Source: Anthoceros angustus
Taxonomy: Eukaryota > Plantae > Anthocerotophyta
Reading direction: 5' to 3'
DNA: 64,000 bases
NCBI GenBank assembly: GCA_010909165.1
Contig: MU008183.1
Coordinates: 930,001 to 994,000, forward strand
Shown: piece after piece, positions 48,582 to 60,154 of the stretch
How the letters are laid out: every line of letters starts with the position of its first letter
Numbering within the stretch: the stretch's first letter is position 1
The notes under the pieces: model-generated
Told to the model about the DNA's origin: nothing
Databases searched by the model: none
What the model saw: the letters and a program-made list of their open reading frames with translations, nothing else
Translations under genes and position numbers: made by a program

Positions 48582-49934
48582 TTACAAAATGACAGTAACT
48601 CCACCCTCATCAGAAGCCGGCTCCGGCGCGATCTGCTTCTGCAGCTTGGCTATGGAGTGCCGCAATGTACTAAGCTCGCACGCAGCGTGCCGGAGATACT
48701 CGTCCGCCACAGCATCCAGCTCCGCCTGCTGCTGCGAGGAAACAGAGCTGGAGTCGCTCGGGAGCACATTCACCGTGAACTCCTCATTCCCGACGCGCAC
48801 TCGGTCGCCTCTGCTCAGGCTGAAGTCGATGGTGGACTGGTTGCCGTCGTCCGACGGCACGCTGATGTCAGGGCTGGGGCTCTCCTCATCCCCGCCCGCG
48901 GGCACCACCTCCTTCGGCCTCAGGATATACTTCTTGCTCCTGCTCTCGCTCTGTTCCTGCAGCTCGCAGTTGTATCTGGCCCCGGTGCAGGACCTGTCCA
49001 GATTCGACCTCCACACCATCACCAGCTGCTCCGAGGTCCCGGACGTGAAGTACTCCCCGTTCTGCGAGAAGGCCGCGCAGGTGACATTTCCATCCCCATG
49101 CCCGGCCAGAGTATACAGCCCCCTCCCCTCCCGCACATCCCACACCCGCAGTGCGTCCCCGGACGCGGAGAGCAGGAAGTGCCCCGACGGGTGGAAGCAG
49201 AGCGACTGGATGGCCCCCCCCTCGGTGTCGTAGTGCTGTACCAGCATCCGGGTCCGGATGTCGCGAATCTGGATGGCGTAGTCCGCCCCCCCGCTGGCGA
49301 TGCAGTTCCCGTCCTGGCTGAACCTGGCGCAGTTCACCGTGCCCAGCAGGTCGTGGAACACGTGGATGCACTCCCGGCGCTCGAAGTTCCACAGCCGCAC
49401 CGTCTTGTCGTCGCTCCCGGACACGATGAGCCTCCCGTCGTGGTTGAACTCGGCGGATCGGACCCAGTTCAGATGCCCGGCCAGGGTGAGGAGAAACCTC
49501 CGTCCCTCCACCGCCCACACCTTGAGCATCTTGTCGTCCCCTCCGCTCAGGACATGGTGCCCGTTGGGCGAGAAGGCCACCGTGCGCACCGCCCCGGAGT
49601 GGCCCTTGATCGCCCTCGACTGCCCACAAACCGTGGGCAGCCAGAATCGCAGCGTCCTGTCCTTAGAGCCAGACACGATGACGTTGTCCAGAGGCGACAC
49701 GGCTATGGCGCACACGGCCCCTTGGTGCCCAAGAAACCTGTACGGCCTATTGCACGCATCCAGCACCCCAGGCCTCTCGTGCAGGCTCCACAGCAAAACC
49801 TGCCCATCTGCCCCTCCAGACACCAGGTGCTTCATGCTCGGCCGGAACTGGCAGGCTCCCACCCGCCCCCTGTGGCACCGGTCGTAGCGCGTCACCACGC
49901 TCGGACCCGGCGGCTTCAGCTTCCAGTGCCTCAT
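48582..49934 (-). CDS. POC1: POC1-like centriolar WD40 protein, intronless (alternative in-frame ATG at 50009)
   Basis: Seven WD40 repeats with POC1-like segments YRFLGH, GHLNWVRSAEF, ECIHVF, LVQHY, FHPSGHFL, LYTLAGH, GEYFTSG..LVMVW; short C-terminal coiled coil. Confidence 0.85.
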   Translation of the reverse strand: MRHWKLKPPGPSVVTRYDRCHRGRVGACQFRPSMKHLVSGGADGQVLLWSLHERPGVLDACNRPYRFLGHQGAVCAIAVSPLDNVIVSGSKDRTLRFWLPTVCGQSRAIKGHSGAVRTVAFSPNGHHVLSGGDDKMLKVWAVEGRRFLLTLAGHLNWVRSAEFNHDGRLIVSGSDDKTVRLWNFERRECIHVFHDLLGTVNCARFSQDGNCIASGGADYAIQIRDIRTRMLVQHYDTEGGAIQSLCFHPSGHFLLSASGDALRVWDVREGRGLYTLAGHGDGNVTCAAFSQNGEYFTSGTSEQLVMVWRSNLDRSCTGARYNCELQEQSESRSKKYILRPKEVVPAGGDEESPSPDISVPSDDGNQSTIDFSLSRGDRVRVGNEEFTVNVLPSDSSSVSSQQQAELDAVADEYLRHAACELSTLRHSIAKLQKQIAPEPASDEGGVTVIL

Positions 49935-49998
49935 CTTCCTTGCACCTTCCGTGCACCTTCCTCGCACCTTCCGCGCACCTTCCTCGCACCTTCCGCGC
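49933..49998 (-). repeat. 11-bp tandem repeat x6 overlapping the POC1 start
   Basis: Minus-strand units GCGCGGAAGGT, GCGAGGAAGGT, GCGCGGAAGGT, GCGAGGAAGGT, GCACGGAAGGT, GCAAGGAAGAT(G). Confidence 0.92.
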
Positions 49999-50193
49999 AA
50001 CCTCAGCATTCAGCCTCGCCCAACCTGCCTTCCCTTGCCTTGGTTTGCTTTCCTTGCCTTGCTTGCCGGCTGGCACCGACCAGCAACCGTCTTCGTTCAA
50101 ATGACAGTGAACGCTTCTTGTTATTTTTACCTCCTGCTTCCTGCTCAATCAGAGGGGATTGATGGGGTTCCGCCCATGCCCACTCCAGGAGCT

Positions 50194-51748
50194 TCACAGT
50201 GTCTTGTGGCGACGCCTGGAAGGGGCAGGCTTGCGAGGAGGGATGAGCCACTTGATCCATCCCAGCACGCCGTCTGCTGCTGCTCCTGCAGAGGATTCTG
50301 CGACTTGGGCATGATGTAGAGGAGAGTTCCAATCCCGGGCCACCATGCTGCGGGCGAGAGCTATCTCCAGGCGATGGGTCTGGGCCTCCAGTTTCTGCTG
50401 CAACTCCACGTTGGCGGATCTCAGCTCCGCTGCTGATGCAGACTCGGCGGTTACAGCTCTGATGAGGGCGGCCTTGTCATCTGCCAACTCCAGGAGCAGG
50501 GAGTCTATGCTCTCCAGGCTCTTGAGGTGGGAGTCGGGAAGGGTGGTTGATAGCGGGATGGAGGTACTGAGGTCTCCGAGTGAAGGTGCGCTTACTCCTG
50601 CTGGCGATGGTTGTGCTGGAACCACTGATGATGAGGGTGAAGGGTAGGTAGCCGCCGGCTGGTCTTCAGACACTGGTGGTGGTTGGGATGAAGTAGGCTC
50701 TGACTCCAAGTCGTCTGTACCAGTGCAAGCATCTGCCTTCCGCAGAGTCCCTGGAGGGACGTGATGAGACTTGGAAGATTGATGGAGTCTGGAAGTTAGC
50801 ACCTTCTTCTCCTCGTGGACGACCTCGAACAAGGACTTGAGATTTGCACGATCTTTCTCCAAGGCTACTACTTGTTTCTTCTGTAACTCGTTGGCAGCTA
50901 CAAGGGCTTCCGCGCTTCTTTCCAGTTTCAGTCCCTGTGACCTCATCTGAAGCACACGTTCGCCTAGTGCAACCACCTCTGCTGCGAGTGTATGTGACTG
51001 CTCGACAGCAGCAGCACTCTCTCGTTGAGCTTTTTGCACCTCAGCTCTCAGGTTTGCCATAACCAGTGCCTGCGCTTGAATCTCAGCTTCCAGCTGCGCC
51101 AGCTCATCTCTCAGCTTGTTCACCACCTTTCCCTGCTGGTTGTAGTGTTCGGTCAGAGAAGAGTGGTCCTTGGCCAGTTGACCTGCCAACTCGTTTGCTG
51201 AGGCGAGGCTACGCTGCAAAGAAACATTCTCTTGGGTGAGATCCTCAATATGCTGCTCCAATGCGCTGAAATCATCAACAGTTGCTGGAGATAGCCTGTG
51301 CCTGTGCCGAACCGCGTCTCCAGGTCCGTCCTTTGATGTGGGCAATATTGGTTCTCCAGCTGGCTGGACATCATCTGATTTAGGCAATACTGGTTCTGCA
51401 GCTGGCTGCCCATCATCTGATGCAGGCAATACTGGTTCTCCAGCTGGCTGCTTATCAGGAACAACCACAATCCCACCATCCTGCTGACCACCTGCCTCAG
51501 GCACATCGCTGCTTGGGGTGGTTGTCAGCGAGGGCACCTTCTTCCCCTTCCCTTCCCGAAACTTCTGAAGCCGCTTGAAACCAGCATTCCAGTGCTCTTG
51601 TTTCCGAGATGAAGGCTCGGCACCTAGACAAAACCATGACCACGATTGCCTGAGGCTTAAAAGAAAGGCATACAATCATGTTGGGAGAATCAAAAAGCCC
51701 GGCAGAGTGTCTCTGACGTGTGAGATCATTACCAGTTGCAAGAAACAT
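50194..51748 (-). CDS. BLI: BLISTER-like coiled-coil protein; exons 51748-51733 and 51623-50194; 481 aa
   Basis: SSRKQEH..G.KRL..FR N-terminal motif and DFSALEQHIEDLTQE..YNQQG..LEKDR..EEKKVL, LEAQTHRLE, GW..WL.P; phase-1 intron after MFLAT. Confidence 0.88.
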
Positions 51749-53418
51749 TTGAAAGAAAGCTTCAGTCAGTCTTCCTGCCACCAACGATTCCTGTACACCA
51801 AGTGGCTCAGAATGTCAAATCAATTCTTAATGAACGGAAATGCAGAGCAATCATGTCCATTTGACATGGAAATGCAACGCGTAGAGGGCGAGAACTTGCG
51901 CTCCTACGTCTTGCTGCTGTTATGGCTTCAAACTTGGACAGTCCTGCCATAAAACCTTCAAGCACGATGACATTGGTCCTCAATTGGTGAGATCTTCCAC
52001 TTCGACTCGCAGGTTCTGCTTCGCAACGGTTTTCTGACCCTTATATCCGCATCTCACATCGCTTCAACCTGGTGTTGGTTCCCGATTGTGAGCAGGAAAA
52101 GTACTCACCTGCAAATATTAAGAATGTCCAGCCGATGATGGCCAGTTTAACCTTCCCTGGAAAGGACAATGATCTCCAGCTCGTATCCCCGTAAGCCAGC
52201 CACATTGGCTATTCCAAACTTTTCGATGGACCTAAACGCTATACCTGCCAAGGGCACTGCACTTTCATGGACTTCAACCCTTCCATCCATCGCCAGCCTA
52301 TACCCAAACCCCCAAACCATACCTCAGAGCGGGGGTGAAGTGTCTGAATGGAGGCGTGACCAAAGCCATCAGCTTCCTGCGTAGTACAAACAAGAATCAA
52401 CAACTTGAACGGCCATTTCACCGTTGCACTCCAAGTACCAGCTCATGTGCCAAAAGTTTTGCCTTTTGCACTGGGCTTCGTGTACTCACAATGGAGCAAG
52501 GAGCCCAGCAAAGCATCTTCATGCAAAATCAGAGCTCCTACAAAGTCATAGAGGACTGTGCCTCCAAAACTTGCCTCACACAGTACCTGGGAGTTTACAT
52601 CTAGAGATTCTCAAGACAACCACAAGGCTCAACAGGGATGGTTGCCTGCCCCAATGCTATCAGTGCAAGCACCAAGTGATCAGAGGACGAAAGCACGCAC
52701 CAGAGCGGAGCCAGCCAAACACATCACAAAGACAGGGGGAGAAAATTTTGAGAGCAACAATGCACATTGCAATAACAGCCTTGCATCATTGTCCCCCAGA
52801 AAGAAGAAAGCCTGGTGCCAATCAGTGTGAGAACATTTCGACAACCCGGCCACCATCTGATAGCACACTTGATTAGCAGGCTGGAAAAGAGATCCTATCT
52901 TAGAAACAGCAGGCCATCCACGCACACACGACTTATCGCCCTTCATTCTCAAGCTGAGGGACATTCGCACAACTGAGAAAATCACAGCTGCTGGATCTGA
53001 GAACTGGCAACTAACCAAGATTCACGCAAGATGTACGTCACTACCAGGATCTCGACGCAGACGCACAGAAACCCTACCCGCAAGACGACCCCCCTCCGAT
53101 CAAACGCTAACCAGAAAGAGCTCGCGCCCAACCACGCCCTGGCACGTCTTGCAGGCTGAAGACACGCGGGTGTAAGCGATGCACTGAGCAACGCTGACTG
53201 GTGACGGCTGCATGTCATCCTGCCCGTGTACAGAGCTGTTCAAGTCGACATAACACGCTTGCCGCCTGATCGCAGTTAGTTTCCCACCAGCCTGGTGGCT
53301 CGATTCGAGAGAAGGGTCACTGCTGGCATCGTTTGTGAGCGCGTTGTCCACAATGGCCAAGAAGCCCCGGGAAGCTTGAGGCGCAGGGATTGCGGCAGTT
53401 GCTGTAGGACAGGCAGTC

Positions 53419-54906
53419 ATGGTGAATTGCTAGTCTCCCACTCAGAACTGAACCTGATTGTGCTGCCTTGTAGATCGTGCTGTTTGTACTGATATCTCCT
53501 GTGGGCTGGTTGGTGTTGCTCAGTCGAAGAAGAGAGGCTTGTCTTCGGAGGAAAAGCGGAGCCAGATGCTGCAAATCTTCTATGAGAGCCAGGACTTCTA
53601 TCTGGTATGTTCAGAAGCTGTGGTTTGATCGTTTCCAAGTTGAAAGTGTGGCGAATGTAGTGTATCTGTTGAGATGCTGAGAATTGGTCTTGGAATGCAA
53701 GCTGCGGGAACTGGAGAAGATAGGTCCGAAGAAAGGTGTTATCAGTCAATCCGTGAAGGACGTGGTGCAGAGCTTGGTGGATGACGATCTGGTGTTCAAA
53801 GATAAAATTGGCACCTCAGTGGGTTTCACCTTTCCGGCTTGCTTGCTATGTTCACGTTCTTACAATGTGAAGAACAGAGAGCTGACAAACTCCAAGATCG
53901 CAGGTGTATTTCTGGAGTCTTCCAAGCCGAGCTGGGAACCAGGTAATTGCAAATACGAACAGGAGTGAGAGCTAGAGAAGAGCTTGCAGCCCTCGTTTGG
54001 GACGTGGGACTGGCATTGACTAGGTGTAACCTCGCCTTTCTCTTGATTCCCTTTGTAAGCTTCGGCAAATGCACAAGAAGTTAAAAGCTGAGCTTGAAGT
54101 TGTCAAGAAGAGACGGCTGGAGTTGCAGTCTGAGAAAGAGAACCTGCAAAAGGGAAGAGAAGCTTCGGTATGAGTCTTGCTCCTTGCTGCTGCTAACCCG
54201 TGGGCTATCTGCATGCATATGGCCCAGTGTGATGCTGACTTGCTTATCTTGTCACCAGAGTGAGCGTGATGCTGGTTTGGCACGACTAAGAGAGCTGGAG
54301 GAGCAAGCAAAGCCCCTAAAGGTATCTCTGGCTTCATCACTGGCATTGCAGAGCTTTTTGAAATTTCGTGAGAGGGTCTGTTCAGTTTGGAGGTCTCCGA
54401 GTTGCAGGAAGAGTTGGCAACTTATGCCGAAAACGACCCAGCCGTGCAGGAAGCAATGCGTAAGTCTAGCTACTTGCCGCTACTTCAAATCCCCGTCATA
54501 CAGCGAGCAATATCCTGGTCTCACCTGCAAGGGTATCTCCTTCTTTATGTGCAGAGAAAGCAGCTGTCGTGGCAATGGAGGCTGCAAACCGGTGGACAGG
54601 TAGAATTCGTTGCTTTTTGGAGATGAGATGTCTGGTGCGATGTCCCTTTCTGTCAAGCGTCTTTGTCCCACACTACCATGCTGAGAAATCGTTGACGCCC
54701 ATACCTTATGCAGACAATGTTTTTACGCTCCAGCAATGGTGCAACAACACATTTCCTGAAGCGCGAGAAAGGCTTGAACAAGCATTCTGTGAGGTCAGCC
54801 CCGACATTTTCAGCCGTGACTGAAGTCATGCCAAGTGAAGTGCTCTCTCAGGCTTGTTTCGCTGCAGGTCGGCATCACCAGCGACTTCGACTACCTCGAA
54901 AATTGA
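53419..54906 (+). CDS. MND1: Meiotic nuclear division protein 1; exons 53419-53421, 53524-53604, 53702-53818, 53904-53942, 54060-54167, 54259-54321, 54408-54459, 54555-54599, 54714-54793, 54868-54906
   Basis: Spliced product MSKKRGLSSEEKR..IFYESQDF..GPKKGVISQSVKDVVQSLVDDDLV.KDKIGTSVYFWSLPS..NDP..ANRWTDNVF..GITSDFDYLEN. Confidence 0.96.
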
Positions 54907-56599
54907 TGGACAGACGTTTCACAGGGATTATTTCTGCCTGTGCCTCCGCCTCTGCCACTGGAAGAGGATTGTGAGTCCTATGGATTGCTAAGCACCCCAA
55001 ATGCGAGGTAACCTGAAAAGAGGACGCGACGGAACACTGCGGTGGCTAGAGACGTCATGAATTTCCCACCTCGCTTAGCTCCACAGGATACGCGAAAAGC
55101 AACCCCTTAGCTGAGGACAACCTCCTGCTAGATATTACTGCTCGCATATGCAGAGGCAACCAGGCGTACATCCGGAAGCAGGGGCGCCAAGTACCCCGGA
55201 GTTGCGACAGGCTGTGACGTTCTTTTGGTGCAGAGTGCGCGTGTGGATGCGCCGTTTTCCGTCTATGACTCAACGGCAGTGCAAAAACGTTGGGGTTAGA
55301 AAAGAACGGAAGGGAGGGCCAGCTAAGGTTCCTACTAAGCAATAAATGGACTCAACTTACAACATCCAACCTCACTAATACGAGTAATCGAATGATAATT
55401 TAAATTTAAAATAAAATATTCAATTTATTCAAATAAAAGACAAAATGATGAAAATATTATTCAAATATAAGATAAAACAATTAACAATCATGTTCTTTAG
55501 TTGCTCTCCATATCACGTATCCCTGCGGGTTTTATGCGTTAATGTTGATGAGCTCTCCTCATGTATCTCTCCTCCCTCACTACTAAAATTTTTATTACAA
55601 TCAAGTTATAGTAACGACGTTACTAGGGCTAGGTTCCATGCCTTTGCACTTCCGCCATTCCGTTCGATCTCTACCGTACCATTACACCAACTATCTTTCG
55701 TCTTGCAACAACAGGGGTTAGTCCCCCATGGTCTAGTGCCCTACTAAGGGTTGCTCCCCCTTCTCTTGGGGTAGATGGGTTTTCCCATCTCTTTTTCGTA
55801 ATAAAGTCTGCGGGGTAGACCGCTTTCGTCATTTTGCTTATAAGCCTAGCCGTGATGGCCTAGGTCTTAGTCCGTGATGCCGTGCCAAGCTCCATGTGCG
55901 CCTGCCAACTCATTGCTTCCAACTTCCTTTCTTTGATGTCGTGAGTAGCATATTGACCAATGACCTCATGCCGACTGCGAGAAGGACTAGTATTGCTCCC
56001 TTTCACTTCTAGTACTGCTTCGCCCATAACCAATCTAGGTATGTCCACAATGTTTGTTGCATCTTTTGGCTTGTTATTGGAGCCATTAGAATGTTCACGT
56101 GCAGACCCATGCCTACGCGAAGGCTCCAAGTCCAAATTTATCAACATGTTCCTCCTTATCCACATCAACGAATTCCAAGTTATCGTCTATATGTAAAACC
56201 TCGAGATCTATAACAGGTAGAGCTAGTTCTGCACCTAGACATCGACCTACGTTGTCGTGGTCAATGTCTTCATCCTCCATGAAGTGTTGGTCTGTTTGTA
56301 GGGCACCGTGTTCTCTTGATCATCGTCTTCATCTACATCAAAATCAAATTGGTCTGTTACTGCACCCAGGTCCTCTTGGTCATCATCTACCTTAAACTCA
56401 TGGAATATTTGTGTACCAAGGTCATCGTCTTCCTCTGGGTTTGCCACTAGGTGATAATTGTGGACCCATGTGTCCTTTGCGTGATTCATGTCAATGGACC
56501 AAGTTGGATGAACAGCATACTAGATGTCCTATGAAATGAAATAAAGTTTGTATAGGTTAAAAATCAAAGACAAAGATCAAGAATGATATATTAAGACAG

Positions 56600-56905
56600 T
56601 GTAAGGTTTGGTCTCCCTCTAGGGCTGTACCTTTTCTTCGGTATCCGAAGGGGGATATTGCTTCTCCGCCTGGACTTCAGGTTCTTGGTGTCCCGATTGG
56701 GCCTCCTGCCTTTACCCAGGATTATGTGCACGCAGCTTTGGTTGAGGATTTGGTACACATCGACGACCTTTCTGAACTAGAAGACCCGCAAGTGGCATTT
56801 GGGATCCTCCGTTTTGCACGCCGGCCAAGATACCTTCTCCGAGCGGTTGCCCCCTCCCCGGTTTTCTTGTCTAGCCTAAGGAATTTCGACAAGCGACTTA
56901 TGCAG
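56600..56905 (+). mobile_element. Non-LTR retrotransposon fragment, CRE-like, post-RT (thumb) region
   Basis: GLQVLGVPIG..F..L..LEDPQVAFGILR..RPRYLLRAVAP..FD pattern. Confidence 0.65.
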
Positions 56906-57480
56906 GTTTGCGCGCACTGGGACTCTAGGCGAGCCGAGGTGTGCGCACGGCGTGCACCGTTGCACTGCGGCCAGGTAAGGCGCGCATCGGGACTCTAGGC
57001 GAGCCGAGGTGTGCGCACTTGGGCGCGCACGGGTCAGCGCTTATGGCAATAGGGCACCATGGGCAGGTGCGCGCGGCCTCATGGTGCCCTACGCTAATAC
57101 GCGCGCCGAGGAGGGCCCATTGAGACCTCGCGTGGGTGCGACCGAGGGGTTATGTGACCATGCACCCACGGGCGCGCACTTAAGCGTTGCCCTAGTGCGC
57201 GCGCGCGCGCACCGGGTTGATGCGCGGCACACCACAGCGCCCCGCGCGCGACCGGGTCTCGGCTCGGGCCACAGTGCGCGCACGCCGCATTCTCAATGGA
57301 GCCTCGCGGCGCGCATGGGTCACATGGCCCCCGCGCACATGGCCTTTTGATGCGCGCCCGCGCGCACCGGGGGCCATGTGACCCTGGCGCGCCCGCGCGC
57401 GATCACATGCGCCAAAGCGGCGCATAAAGGCCCACCGGTGTGATGTGACTCGTCAGCACGCCTGCGCCATCTCCCAGCAC
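56905..57480. repeat. GC/GCGC-rich repeat element with internal 37-bp duplication; related to 63130-63360
   Basis: GGGACTCTAGGCGAGCCGAGGTGTGCGCAC twice; shares GCACCCACG..GGCGCGCAC and CGCACT(T)AAGCG with the 63.2-kb tract. Confidence 0.6.
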
Positions 57481-59449
57481 CTTATACACGACATGGTGCC
57501 ATCAGAAAAAAACTTGGCAAGCTATAATCATCTTGGTCAACATACCTTGTCATAGCTGCGTCCAGTCCACTACGCAGGTCTTGAGTATTGCATCGCCTTG
57601 AAGCTTCATTTTGAATTGCGCCCGGACTTCATACTTCCAAGCCCATAGAATGTACCCAACTACAATCTTCTGCGTCCTCAACGCATCCATATACCCGTTC
57701 ACCCAGCGCCGGAATGGGATCAAAATTCTGTTGGGTGGAGTCCGTTCCTTCTTCATGGATGCACCATTCCTTGTCCAAGAGCCCTGCTCGATAGATCGAT
57801 AAATTTCAGTCAGGTCTGATGTTGGTTGGTCGCGACCACCACGCACCTCCTCTGCTGCACTCCTCCGCTTCCAAGCTCGTGCCTCGACATTGACTTCGCC
57901 TGGTTTTGGAGGTTTGGGCTGGTGGAGGTTCAACCAAGGCGTAGTGTTTGCACGCACTGTCACGGGCAGATACAGGAAGCATTAGAGGAAATCGTGAAAC
58001 ACGACTGCCAAGGACCAAAGGAAGGTTGAAGGTGTTTTGATTTCATGGAACAAGCCAAATTATGGAGCCACAAACCTACTATTTCGGGTTCTCTTTATAT
58101 AGTATACACCCAAACCCAAAGTGTCTACACCGCCAGCCACCTAAACCGCTTTTCGAACGCCAAGACCCAAGCACCTCAATCCGGTCGCACCGCCAAAAAC
58201 GCTACCCCTTTGCCCAAAAACGACCATCACCGTGCAAACGCGGATCTTACGCATGTCAAAATCAAACACCAAGGATGCCCGAGAAGAAGCCAAAAGAGCC
58301 AGACTGAACCATGGTGCTCGCGGCGCGAAGAAGCTGCACTGCCCATCGATACGGCGCACAGATCAGAGTGCTCGCCAGCTGCGCACGACCCCATCGCACA
58401 CCGACGGGCGCACACACACTGATCATGGCTAGAATCACCAGCAGCCGGAGCACTTCACCTACTTGAACTCACGCCACCTGCCTGCTCCGCGCTCTTCCTC
58501 TTTGTCGCGCTCTGCCGATCTAGATTCTTCGCTTCCTCGCAACCGTATTCTCTCGGACATGAAAACGGCTAGCGGTCATTTGTACCCAACTTTGTTTGTT
58601 TATAGGGCACAATTAAGTGCCGCGAGTTAACCTCGCTTGCCTAAGCATGGGTTAACTAATCATGGGTTGAAGGTTAAGTGTAGGTTTCGTTATAGCCCTT
58701 ATTTCAAGATGTTCGATAATTAACATTGGCGGCTACTATAACAGGTTAACCTGCCACCATAATCATCTATGGATATTTTAAGGTTCAAACAAAGATGGAC
58801 AAGCTGCACACGAAGCTCTTCTTCCTCTCGAGTTGCAGACATTCGCTAAGTTTGAAGAGCTAGCAAATGCATGCGCTTCTCAACCTACTCTTGCATACAG
58901 TCCTGTGGGCGATTGGAAGGCCATAGCGACAATGATGATGTGGTCCTGACAATGTCCCTATCTCCCAAGAGGTAACCTTATCCCGCAGTGTTCACTTTAC
59001 CTTCTCCGCACATACCTTCATTCCTCTCTCACTGCTAATTCCTTACCAGCGCCTAGTATCCAGGGTTACTTCTCCTACTGAGTCCCCTCTTGACCTTGAG
59101 GGGCCACCATATGACACCTGTGCATTCGATTTTACGCAAGCTCGAGGTAACTTGAAATTAGAAATGCTCACCAACCAAGACTTTGCCAACAACCAACCAA
59201 TTCCACTCCAAGTCATTCAACCTATCCCAGCACAGCCAGACATCGTTCTCCCTGAGATAAACCAGCCACCAGACCCCATTCCCGAGACTCCACCTGCAAC
59301 ACATGAAGCACCCTTCACTTTGAGGCGCTCTGCCGGCCATCGACCACCAACTCATGAATGGAGATGTTTCCCAAGATTCTTTTGCTCGGCCAACACCCAA
59401 TCCACGAGCTGAGGAGCTACCAGCCCTTGCACATGTTTCACACACTGAC

Positions 59450-60154
59450 TCAGTTCAGCTTGCTCTACATCAGGCCTTTTCAGCCATTGAAGTGAAAGGA
59501 GTACCCCTCTCAGTTGAAGAAGCTTTCAGCACTCCGGAGTGCACAATAACAGTAAAATCCGAGTACGACTCCCTCATCTCAAATAAAATTTGGAATCTCA
59601 CAGACTTTCTTGAAGGCAGGAAATCCATTTCCTGCAAGTGGACATTTCGGAGAAAGCTAAATCCATATGGTAAAGTAGCAAGATACAAAGCCCAACTTGT
59701 GGCTCGGGGCTTCACCCAAGTACCATGTTTCGACAACGAAGAAAACAGACTCTTCAACCCAGTTGCGAAGTCAACCTCCATTAGGATACTACAAGCATTT
59801 GCTACCTCACACCACCTGCAGATACATTAGGTTGATGTTAAAACAGCATTCACATATGGGGCACTTCACGAGAAAATCTATATGCTGCAATCGCCTAGTT
59901 TCATGCGAGATCCCAAGAAAGTTTGCAAGCTCCTTAAATCCATTTACGGCTTGAAGCAGTCTGCTCATGTATGGAATGAAACCGCTGATCTGCATCTCAA
60001 GAAATGTGGCTCCACCTCTCTCACTGCCGACACAAGCGTCTACATGCTGAGGATCAAGGACAAGTTTGCCATCGTCGCACTGTATGTGAACGGTAATTTT
60101 ATTTTTGGCACTGACCTCTTTGTCATGAGTGGAGTGGATTTGTCATTGTTTTAA
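59450..60154 (+). pseudogene. Ty1/copia reverse transcriptase (RVT_2) remnant
   Basis: EYDSLISNKIWNL..CKWTFRRK..RYKAQLVARGFTQ..DVKTAF..LLKSIYGLKQSA; YVDD degenerated to YVNG; internal stop. Confidence 0.92.

Noticed and set aside
48172-50162. Long plus-strand ORFs (590 aa and 353 aa)
   Set aside because: Antisense shadows of the GC-rich POC1 coding sequence; no recognisable domain.
53419-53421. ATG-only first coding exon and two AAG acceptors in MND1
   Set aside because: Within normal GT-AG splicing variation; not novel.
55700-56520. Acidic minus-strand coding-like fragments (also 57550-57963 and 60228-60665)
   Set aside because: Probably TE-derived, but no motif lets me assign a family.
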